A DNA stretch of 60,148 nucleotides, filler included, from Sphacelaria rigidula (Eukaryota): the NCBI GenBank assembly GCA_964200075.2. It is 8 parts of 8 records of this genome, joined end to end, with 100 filler letters (N's around TTAATTAATTAA, not from the genome) between each part and the next. Parts side by side here need not be neighbours in the genome. Positions count along the whole stretch, not along the records: positions 1 to 7,432 come from CAXNAA020014951.1; positions 7,533 to 14,963 come from CAXNAA020014952.1; 6 more parts are not named here. One strand, written 5' to 3'. Below are positions 1 through 10,005 of this stretch, one piece after another; positions within the stretch are counted from its first letter, which is position 1, and every line of letters starts with the position of its first letter. The notes beneath the pieces are model-generated. The model was not told the DNA's origin, made no database searches, and was given only the letters and a program-made list of their open reading frames with translations. The position numbers were made by a program, and so were the translations under genes.

Positions 1-1937
1 CTTCCGTGCAAGAGAGAAATGCCACCTCAACCCCATATTTTGTATGAAGCCCAAAATTTAAAATCGGCTGTTGATTGTCGGATCTTCCGTTCGAGGTAGG
101 AAAGTAACAAGGATTGATATTTGCGGATGTAGCGAGTGAAAGGAATGGTATCCTGGTCGGATATTTGTACTGACTGAGAACAAGTGAGAGTTTCCTCGAG
201 TGTGTACCGAGTAATGAGCCGGGGGGTCGTTTTTTTATGCTTTGCACAGTTTTTGGGCATGCCCACCGTCGGCATTCTCGTTTTTTCCCCATCTTCAGCC
301 TTTTTTCTCCACATTTGTGTGTGTGCTGTTTGTATTGGCCGATAAGCTCCACTTTCAAAACCATTATGTATCCTTGCCTCGAGTGTGTTTAACAGTACGC
401 TGTGCGGCTCTGAGGGCTTGTTCGAGACCGTGCCGCATAATGCAAACCCTTTCATCCGAGACTACAAAGTGGGTTCTCCAACGCGCAGTCCGCATTCAAC
501 TAACCACGTTAACACATCGATCGGGTTAACACATCGATCGGTATTCTCAATGTTTTTGGTGTCGACCTACTACAGACCAGCAGTTGAAGAATGGGGGGGG
601 GGGGCTACGTCTGAAACGTCCCCGGGGGTAAAGAAAGGCACCCACACCCTTGCCCGCACAAGCGCAGGTATTCAAGGAAAAATACAGATATTCGGTTACC
701 GTCTGAGACCATAAAAACAGAACCGCACGGTAACCTGCAACTACCATCTATATCTTGTCATGATACGAAATGTACGGTCCACCTGTATTTATCCCATTAA
801 TAGTACGTGTATTCGAGCAATAATGCCTTGGTGAAAACGTGGGCAGGAAAACACTCAACTTCCACATACATTATCTCAACACGACAACTTCAGTACCGTG
901 ACTACAGTATTTATACATTCTACCCAACGACAGTACCGCCCACGATTGTGATGACCCTACAAGTTCGGTAGGTATCACACCATGCAGAACTCGACAGTAC
1001 TGCACGACTCATACTTTGATAGCAGCAGATCAAATGTATACAACGTCTAGGCGTCCAACAGCCACATGCCACTCGCTGCGCCGTGATCTGTAGTCCGCAG
1101 CAAGTCGTGTCTCCTCGAGTGGTATATATCTATCATTTTTCCCTCGGTCCAACGGCGCACTGGGAGGAAAAGACGATTCACATCTAAATCCGGGAGGATT
1201 TTTCACCATATCCGCGGTACCATATTCCACAAAATACGTACCGAAATCGCCAATGTAATTCCCCCCCCTCCGGTCATCAGTCATATAATCGCTCGACGTG
1301 CGTATCGTTAGCTAGACAGCCGTATGCCACTTCGGCTTCACGCACCACGCCTAACCTGATCGTGGCAAATCTCCTCTGAGTCGTGCCTGCCTGTTGTCTG
1401 CGACCGCGACCGCGGTGCAGGTCTTGCTCGATGTTTGATGGACGCTGCCACATACCCAAGGGCAAGTCCCATACACACGGTCCTCACTAGTACTGATCTC
1501 GACAAGCCAGCAGACGTAAAATCTTCCGACGGGACCAACACGCACACCGTCGGTCAAGCCCACAGCCTATGGATACCAAAGCGTAGGCACCGAAAAAATC
1601 AAGAATTGGGCTTCACGAACGATACAAGAATTATTCCATCGACGAGAGCACGTGCGTATCTCCCGCCCACACATACTCGCACCGAAACACACATATGCAC
1701 AACTTCAGTACAAACAGGTTAAGCACCGAATTACCAATTGCAAAGGCGTGCTATTGAAAGACGCTGTGGTTTTTGGCGAGTGCCCTACTACCCTCCCACC
1801 CCGCAACCTGCAGCGCCATTCATTTTGACGATCGGTCAGTACTCGTGTAGCACCAGCAACGCACCCCTCCACTCCCTCCGCGGCCTCCCACAATGAAACA
1901 GAGAACAGCAGACATCTCAAACACAACCACCATGACA

Positions 1938-2156
1938 TCATCGGGCGTAAAATGAGGTGGCCGGAAGGGACTTATATTTAGAGGATGTCTGTCTACCTAG
2001 GGCGGAGTCCAGCTTGTACGCGCCGGGTCCTGGAGAACTTTCACTTCTTCTACGACTACCACCCGCGTCTCCTTGTCGGCTCCCACCACTTCTGCTACCA
2101 CCTGTTCCTCCAAAAGATATCGGGCGGGTGGTCGCTGGTCTGTGTGCCATTGTCGG
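1938..2156 (-). CDS. Terminal exon of a sperm-tail PG-rich repeat (STPG/SHIPPO/ODF3-like) protein
   Basis: CAG acceptor at 2159-2157. The frame reads PTMAHRP...SESSPGPGAYKLDSALGRQTSSKYKSLPATSFYAR*. PGPGAY followed by an SF motif is the STPG repeat signature. No upstream exon was found on this contig, where the upstream DNA is TE sequence. Confidence 0.6.
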   Translation of the reverse strand, partial: PTMAHRPATTRPISFGGTGGSRSGGSRQGDAGGSRRRSESSPGPGAYKLDSALGRQTSSKYKSLPATSFYAR

Positions 2157-2205
2157 CTGAGCATGTGGGAGTCGGGGAGCGGAAAGGGTGCATGGAGTAA
2201 CGTTG

Positions 2206-2716
2206 AGGGGGGGAGGGGAGGGGAGGATACTCATGTCTTGCATGCCGTAGTCATAGAACCATTAATCTCGCATCCCTACGGGGCCGGGGCGGAGCACGCC
2301 GGGTTTTCGTCGGAGCAGGCTCGTACTCAATCACCGAGCGCGAAACGCCATGATGTCTTCGGCGAGTCAAATTAAGAGTGAGCTGCATCCTACTATGGCT
2401 GTTTGGTTCAAAGCATACTAATTATTTTGTACATGGGTGACAGCCTCGAACGGGTTGCTTCATTTTCTGGCATCCCCACTTCCAGAGACAGCCACTGGTT
2501 GCACTGTCTCATGGGTGTCCCACCAATCAAACGCAATGCCGTACAATCTTTTCCTTGCGCGGAGGTGGGTTCTCCACCCCGCACAATATGATCCAACTTG
2601 ACCACCATCGTGGTTGCCGCAAAAAACCGCAAGCCACAAAAACACGGTAACCTGGTCGCCTAGCTTACGCAGTGAGTGGCGGGTTTTACAGGATCGTTGA
2701 CGACCGACGCCAACCT
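2206..2716 (-). mobile_element. ~510-bp non-coding SINE-like repeat (family B), full copy
   Basis: Colinear diverged copy at 52873-53393 (+) with the same 5' start (GTTGGCG...) and 3' end (...CATGAGTAT + C-rich tract). 3' fragments at 20808-20870, 29768-30025 and 52810-52860. Confidence 0.8.
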
Positions 2717-2719
2717 TTC

Positions 2720-5700
2720 AAAGTGAGGGAGGGGGAGGGGCATACTCATTTGCTGCTTGCCTTAGCCGTTTGGCCATTGACGACGCATCCCTTTCGAGAG
2801 GAAGCACCGTTCCTAATCCTAATAGAGACACGTCCAACATTCCGGTGCTCATTACGATTATTCCATATATTACACGAAAAACGTTTTTCATATCTTTTCC
2901 CCGTCGTATTTCGACGTCTGTGGCCATCATGTATCTCCAAGGATAGCCATCGTTTTTTCGCTACCTACTGTCCAATGCATCAAACGATTTCATGCCACCT
3001 TCGCTCACGTCCCGCATTCCCCCACTCGCACGTCCCGTTCCTCCTTGTATAGTTCACACTCTGCCACTATTTGACTTCTGTTTTCTATTTCTTTGCCACA
3101 GGGGCGATTTTGTGCATCCATTTCCTCCTCCTTCCGACTACTGGTGAATTTCTTTCTTCTTTCTGGCAGGTCCAGGTCCCCCATCCGAAATCGCAGTTTC
3201 AACTTTTTCGCCGCATCCATTGGACCATGCAAATATGTTTTATCTCTATCCCCTCTCCCAACCCCCCGTATATCCTCAGGGGTTCTTCCTCGTCTACTTT
3301 GCGTCTGAGCGTTCTTATTTCCCCAATCTTTATCGTGTTTCTTAATTTTGTCTTGTACCCCGCGCCTTCACCTATGGGCAGTATTTCGTCTTGGTTTCCT
3401 CCTCTCTCCGTCCATACTTTCTCGACTTATCTATCCCACCTTATTCCAGCCCGCCCTTTCGTAATTTTCTTCCATACAGTCTTATTAACTACTGTATAGC
3501 TGGCAATTTCTTTCTCTGATTTTCAAGCTATATTTCCATCGCAATTTTCTCATGTCCCTGTTTGTGTCGAGTGAATACATTCCCCACTATCCTCCCGTTT
3601 TGATGTCTCTGCATGCCTCTGCCCACGCGTTGATTTCTTTTCTCAGTTACATGTTAAACTCCGTGGTTGTTTTTGGTGCTCCTAGTTGACGGTAGTGCTC
3701 GACTAGCACTTCTCTCTTCCTCTTCGAACTACTGACCATTTTACCGTTCTGTGCCCGGAGTGTGGCCAACTCTTTGTCTATCTTTCTTGCCTGGTTTCCC
3801 ATAATCTCATTTATCCCTACCCACATTTTTTTCATCCCGCCATCGAATTCTTCATTTGTTTTATTCGCTACATCTTCCTTTTCTTCCTTCTTTTTCGTCT
3901 GTATCATATTTTTTACTTCCTTCCGAGCTTTAGTATACTCCTCCCATTCTACCGTACTTTTGCTCGACATCCATCTCGCGTAGGCCTCTCTCCTTACTCT
4001 GATAGCCTATTTTACTTCCTCACCCCACCATTTACTGCTCTGTTGCATACGATCACTTTCTTCTCTTTGACTTTACTCGCTGTGTTCTTGACCAGCTGTT
4101 CACATCCTTCTATAACCTTCGCTCCTGCCCGATTTCTTTTTATCTCGGTACCAACTGTGCCTACGCGTTCCAACAGCTCGGACAATTTTACTTTGAACTC
4201 TTGCCGTTTTTCTTCCACATCCAGTTCATCGATTCGCCACTTGTACAACTTCCCATACCACCTATTTCTTTCAGCTCACGTCCGTTGGCTTTCTGTCCGT
4301 ATTAGGCAATGATCTGTGGTCCCCACGCCCCCCGGGCATACATATACTTCCATTTCTTTGCTATTTCCATGCTCCACCACTATATATATATAGTCAAGAA
4401 CGGAACGTTCTCTCTTTTTTCCTTTGCAATGCCTCGTCCATGTCCATTGCACCTTTGGCTTTTGTGCTCTATCGTTCAGCGTCTTCATCTCGTCACGCTC
4501 AAGGAACTTCAACATTTCTACCCCACTCGGTTTCTTCTAATATTTCCCGTATTGCCCAATGATATGATCCGGTTGACCTGCTCTTTTTCCCCTTGCATTA
4601 AAATCTCCCACTGACATTACTTTTCCTTGCCTTCTATACTTATGTACATCTGTTGCTATTTCTCCAAACCTCCGCTGTGATTGTTCACCCTACTCTTCGA
4701 TTCAGGGGGCATGTAGATGTTCCCTACGAAGAAGTGCTTCGTTCCCCGCTCTCCTGTTACCCTTATCCATATGATGTCGAATTTCGTGTCGTCGATCACT
4801 TCTATTATGTAACACAGGTATTCCTTGACTAAGAATCCTACTCCCCCCGCTCCCCTGCTCTTGGGCTTCTGTTCCTTACGATTTTTCCCTATCCCTGCGC
4901 ACTCTTCAAAATTGCATCCTATTTCCGCCCCCGCTTTTTCGCGTGACTCTTGGACCCCTACTATATCTAGGTCGCGTTTACTTACTTGTTGCGCTATCTC
5001 TATGCTTTTGTGCTCGTCTGTGACGAATCCACACACATTCCACGAACCTATCTTAACTTCCTTTCCGGATCATTATCTACTCTCCTCTTGTCTACGGTTC
5101 TCTCTCCACCGCTTTTACTTCTACTCTTACTTGCTTGATTGTTCTTCCCGTGCCTGGGTGGGCCTTTGTCTGTTTGCTTCGGGCCGCTATGTCCCCTCCC
5201 CTTCCCCTTCCCCTTCCCCTTCCGAGCATTTACCTGTTCCTGCCTCTCTCTCCCTCCGTTTACCCGTGGACTAGGTCCTCGGTTTCTTATTCCATTAGCT
5301 ATGCATACTCTCCATCCTACTCTTCTAACCCATGCCGACACCTTCCGTGTCTCTATCCTTTCCCACTCCTTGCTCGCTCTCTTTTCTAACGTGACTCGGA
5401 AGTGCTCTCCCTCCATTTTTCCTTCTACTTTTGCCGAACAGTGTATTCCAACTCCATTCCATTTCCTTTCAAACTCTATTCTCGTCATGTCGCTACGAAC
5501 TCCGAATGCCAGAACTACCAGTACCTTACCCGTCCACTCTTCACTTCTCCATCCGCCCTTCTTTACCGTCTCTCTCTCGATCTCTTTCAAGAGAAGCTCC
5601 AGCTTAATCGTTTCGAGAGTATTGGTGGGATGTAGTCAACGCACTGGGACATCCCAATCCTAGTACTCGTTGGGGGTTTGGTGCCTTTTAGTTCTCTTGC

Positions 5701-5935
5701 TGGCTCACCGACACTAAATAATGCCTCCAACACGGGCTCGTAGCCTGAAGGCAAGCTCAACACCTTTGACACAAGTACCCCACGTTTGTGCTAGCCGGGC
5801 AATATTCACGGTGAATCATCCAGGCGTCCTACAATCGTATCTTCCATCTTCTTGCCCCGCTGCTGTACTGGCTACTTTCCTCCAGGGAGGTCATTTTCAC
5901 CGTATAAGGTTCCTCATTAGTTGCCTGTCTTAGCT
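2720..5935 (-). mobile_element. Degenerate LINE (family A): ORF1 + APE endonuclease + 3' end, with the RT core deleted
   Basis: ORF1 remnant 5048-5935. APE motifs WNVCG, DIVGVQES, GNIYMPP, LDYI and TDHCLI at 4276-5060. At ~3587 the sequence jumps straight to the post-RT region (matches 21930-22494), with the CPCG...(H/Q)IVAEC knuckle and the 3' end AAATGAGTATGCCCCCTCCCC. Many stops and frameshifts. Confidence 0.9.
4276..5060 (-). pseudogene. LINE APE-type endonuclease domain (disrupted)
   Basis: ORFs 4656-5036 and 4276-4515 carry the APE motifs WNV.G, QE, GVGFLV, NIY.P, LDYI and DH. Confidence 0.85.
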
Positions 5936-5941
5936 CTTTGA

Positions 5942-6335
5942 CTACTGACATGAATCCCCTTCGAGACGGATCACCGTTCCTACTCCTAAGTGAGAAACGC
6001 CCACCATTTTAGCGCTCATGACGTTTGTTCCATACATCACACAAAAATCTTTCACATATCTTATCCCCGGCCTCGTTCGCCGTCTGTGGCTACCATCTCT
6101 ATTTCCTAGTACAGCGATCTTTTTGCCGCTACTATCTGATGCATCAAACGATTTCATGCCGCCTTCGTTTACTTCTCACATTTCCCCTTCTAACACGTCC
6201 CGTTCATCCTTGTATCATCCATTGCATGAGTTCAACTCGCTATTGCTTTGCCACTGGGGTAATTGTGTGCAACCACTTCTTCCTCCACTCGACTACTGTT
6301 ATACTCTGTTTTTTCTTTCTGGCAGGTCCTGGCCA
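5942..6335 (-). mobile_element. LINE family A 3' fragment
   Basis: Homologous to 2760-3180 (e.g. GATGCATCAAACGATTTCATGCC, TCTGGCAGGTCC). Confidence 0.85.
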
Positions 6336-6555
6336 CCCACCCGAACTTTGTGTTTCATGGGGGAGCAGAGTGGTGCTTCTTATGTGTGTCGTATTCCGTT
6401 TTTTGTGTCATACTGTTGTTGTTGTTGTTGTCTTTAGAATAAAAAACCGTTCCGATATATGTGCAGTACTCTGTACTGGGCATCTGATACGGACGCCTTC
6501 CGTCGTCACGGGCTAACTACCCCAAGCTGGGGTAAAAAAATTCATAAACTGAAAA

Positions 6556-6857
6556 TCAGACCCAGAAACAATTCACACAGACGCAATACAAGATCAATGA
6601 AAGAAACAAATTGAAAACAAATGGTGGAAGAAAAATAAATATATATATATATATATATGTAGGGTGTCGTATTTTCTGGGATTTGTACTCCATGATGATT
6701 TGTACTCCCATCAGACCCAGAAACAATTCACACAGACGCAATACAAGATGAATGAAAGAAACAAATTGAAAACAAATTGTAGAAGAAAAAAATATATATA
6801 TATATATGTAGGGTGTCGTATTTTCTGGGATTTGTACTCCATGATGATTTGTACTCC
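6556..6857. repeat. Tandem duplication of a ~150-bp unit containing (TA)n
   Basis: ATCAGACCCAGAAACAATTCACACAGACGCAATACAAGAT...GATTTGTACTCCC occurs near-identically at ~6556-6709 and 6710-6857. Confidence 0.9.
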
Positions 6858-6943
6858 CTCCTGGCACCCGCCGGATGCTGGTTCTATCGATTTTATTTTG
6901 GTTCCCCCCCCCCCCCAAAAAAAAAAATACCTTTCATAAGCTA

Positions 6944-7289
6944 GTCGCCCCGGTGGCTCAGTCGCTACCCTCGAGACTTTCTGACGGTTGGGTCGTGGCT
7001 TCGAACCTTGGTGAATTTGTCACACCATGCCCGACAATGAAGAGTGACTATGTCGTGGTTACACAAAATTGGACTTCACGGTCTAGAGGGAAAGGGACCG
7101 CTGAACCCCTCGCGCGATACATATGAGGTGGGCATCACACAAGGAAGGTGAGGTGCTGAAACAGAAGAAAAGAGAAGAATAAACTCCTGTGTGTGGCCTT
7201 CCTCCTGTGTGACCCCGGCTGATCCACCCACGTAAATACCGAAAGGTGTAGTCTGGCGTCCAGATTAAATTAGATGACGCACACACACA
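6944..7289 (+). mobile_element. tRNA-derived SINE (family C) with (CA)n tail
   Basis: Head GTCGCCCCGGTGGCTCAGTC...TTCGAACC contains A and B boxes. Body CCTCCTGTGTGACCCCGGCTG is shared with four other copies. Ends GATGACGCACACACAC. Confidence 0.85.
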
Positions 7290-7432
7290 TTTTCTCGCCA
7301 ATAGTCGTTCCTCCCGACAGTTTCTACGACAGCCCCCCCCCCCTTCCCCACAAAAACAGGCCAAAAGTGTCACAAGAAAATGGTCATACAGCACCAGATG
7401 TTTGTGTTCAGGCTGCATGAAGCGCCTCAAAT

Positions 7433-7532
7433 NNNNNNNNNNNNNNNNNNNNNNNNNNNNNNNNNNNNNNNNNNNNTTAATTAATTAANNNNNNNNNNNN
7501 NNNNNNNNNNNNNNNNNNNNNNNNNNNNNNNN
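7433..7532. other. Artificial contig spacer
   Basis: 44 N + TTAATTAATTAA (stops in all six frames) + 44 N. Confidence 0.99.
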
Positions 7533-7551
7533 ACCAACCACGCCGATGGTA

Positions 7552-8645
7552 CCCAGTGCGCCATCTCTGCTAAACTGCACACATGACTTATCGATGAAGT
7601 GGTGACTGGCCGGTGTATCAAAGACCCTCCCGCAGTCCGCAGTCTCACTACCTCTTGTATTTCGTTCTCGTTGTGCCAACACCGGCGAGCCAACACTAAT
7701 CAATACCGCGCAGATGGGTGCCCGTGGTTTACTCGAACGGATCACTCCGCAGGCGACGGGCACAGCATGATCCGCTATACAATCCGTGTTGTGCAACACG
7801 GCGCGATCTTCATCCGTCAATCAAAAGAGTAACATTGTTGGACTGTTGCCTTCATTTGTCCGAAATATGACACTCACCGGTTTTGAAAGATGCTGCGCAG
7901 AGGGTTAGTAGGTGTCCGGGGTCAGGCTGTGTCTTATCAAATTGTTTTTGACTCGAAAACGTGCGGTCGAATCGAATTCGCTCATTATTGATTCGTTCAC
8001 GCTATAAAACCGTGTGGTGATCTATCAATCTGTTCATAAATCAGTAGGTCGAAGGCTGCAAATTTACCGTGAAAAAAGACAACATTTCGGACCTGTCCAT
8101 CAACACCTCTATTCCGGAAATAGAGCTGTTCGCCCTATCTTTCTGTTGAAGCTGTCATGACCTCCTCGGAGCCAGAGATTACTGTTGGTTGACCGTTTTC
8201 CAACTGCTCCGCGTGTCATTTTCCAACAAGCCAGATTTCGCGCAAAGATGCACGCCCCCGATCGAACCACTTGCTCCCGGACACCTACTACCCCTCTGCG
8301 CAGCATCTTTCAAAACCGATGAGTGTCATATTGCCGACAAACGAAGGCAACAGTCCAACAATGTTACTCTTTTGATTGACGGATGAAGATCGCGCCGTGT
8401 TGCACAACACGGATTGTATAGCGGATCATGTTGTGCCCGTCGCCTGCGGAGTGATCCGTTCGACTAAACCACGGGCACCCATCTGCGCGGTATTGATTAG
8501 TGTTGGCTCGCCGGTGTTGGCACAACGAGAACGAAATACAAGAGGTATGTGAGACTGCGGAGTGCGGGAGGGTCTTTGATACACCGGCCAGTCACCACTT
8601 CATCGATAAGTCATGTGTGCAGTTTAGCAGAGATGGCCCACTGGG
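7552..8645. mobile_element. Non-autonomous long-TIR (foldback/MITE-like) DNA transposon, ~1.1 kb
   Basis: Near-perfect ~370-bp inverted repeats at 7552-7919 and 8276-8645 (CCCAGTG...CACTGGG). Flanked by TA at 7550-7551 and 8646-8647, within a GGTACC target. No internal ORF. Confidence 0.9.
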
Positions 8646-10005
8646 TACCTGTTACAAGTAAACTGGCAGTCTCCAGTTGTTGTCAGCCTCTGCTTAACTC
8701 TACAGTGCAGGCTGATCTTCGAACTAGGCCAACAGCAAAACTTCAGTCAACAATTACGGAATTTCACTGTTCCATGGGTGACCTTTCATTCTACTTATTA
8801 TTTGACTGCCATTCACTTGTGCACAAGTTCGTTTATTTCATTTATTTACTACGGCATTCGAACTCCAACTGTCTCACCGTTAATCTTGTAACAATCGTCA
8901 GTTGACAGCGCGTGGGGAGACAGTCCAACGCAGTACAGTACACGTCGATCGTCAGGATATCCTCGCTCACAGCTTCAGGTAATTCGATTTCTTTTGTTCC
9001 GTGGTGGTGTTTATTGCCAGAATCTCTCAAGAGGTCTTTTTCCTGAACACCAGGGTCATCTTAGCGTTGCACCGATTCTTAGAAAGAATCGGATTCAACC
9101 AGATGTAAGAGGCATGTTTTTATGTACTCCGTATCTTGACGGATTACTTAACATCCTCAACCCTGACCGCAGGTACTAGCTAGTTCCTGCGATCAGCCCT
9201 CCGGGCGCGTATCTTCGTTCCGAACCAACGGCCCATCATTGTACTGTCCCCCTTCCACCGCATCACGCCGCGATCCGTAACACTCTCTCGGATCAGACTG
9301 TTTTCGGCACCTAGCCTTTATGAAAAACCTGTTCAACAACTAATGCAAACATCATTAGACACCATCCTCTTGAGAACCCCTCCGTGTCCCACCACTGCCC
9401 ATTCACTGAACGTGGGTCTTAGCTTCAGAGTACGTGCATCTAGCTCAGCGGTAAGTGGCGGTGTGTTTTTGTGAGGATGTCACATTTGGGACACCCGCGC
9501 CCGTACGGCTCAACCCCTGCACCCCTTATGCTGCCATGGGGTATGTTTCCACCCAAGCGCTCAACCGAAAACATCTCATTTCGAGTTCACGGCAGGTTGG
9601 CTTGAGCCTCACACTGCGAATCACAAGGTATAACAGCCCAGCAATAACATGTTCGTATTCAATTTAGCATCTACGGCAGATTCTGCTTGGGAGCGCAAAA
9701 ATGATTTTCGCACGCCGCAGGCGACGAAATGTCTTGCCTACACACAAAGATTCATCAAGTAGCTCGAGATTCTCACTGTGAACTAAAAATCAGCTTTCGA
9801 GAGTCAATCTATCAAGGGGTGACCCATCAGAAGAAAACGGCACACTTTTTCCTATTTCTTATGACAAGACTCAATCTCCTATCGGAGCTTGGGAACAGAA
9901 CAGCACAGTACCATGCGCTGCGACGCTCCGAAAGTATACATTGCGAGTATTTCGGAAGAATTTCGCCCTCACCAATCGGTATTTTTTTTGTGAAAGACGG
10001 GACCA

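Noticed and set aside
1030-1563. Short minus-strand ORFs downstream of the STPG exon
   Set aside because: No recognisable motif or consistent splice phase. Probably UTR or intergenic.
6944-7015. tRNA gene
   Set aside because: A and B boxes are present, but there is no intact cloverleaf or acceptor stem. It is the head of a multi-copy SINE.
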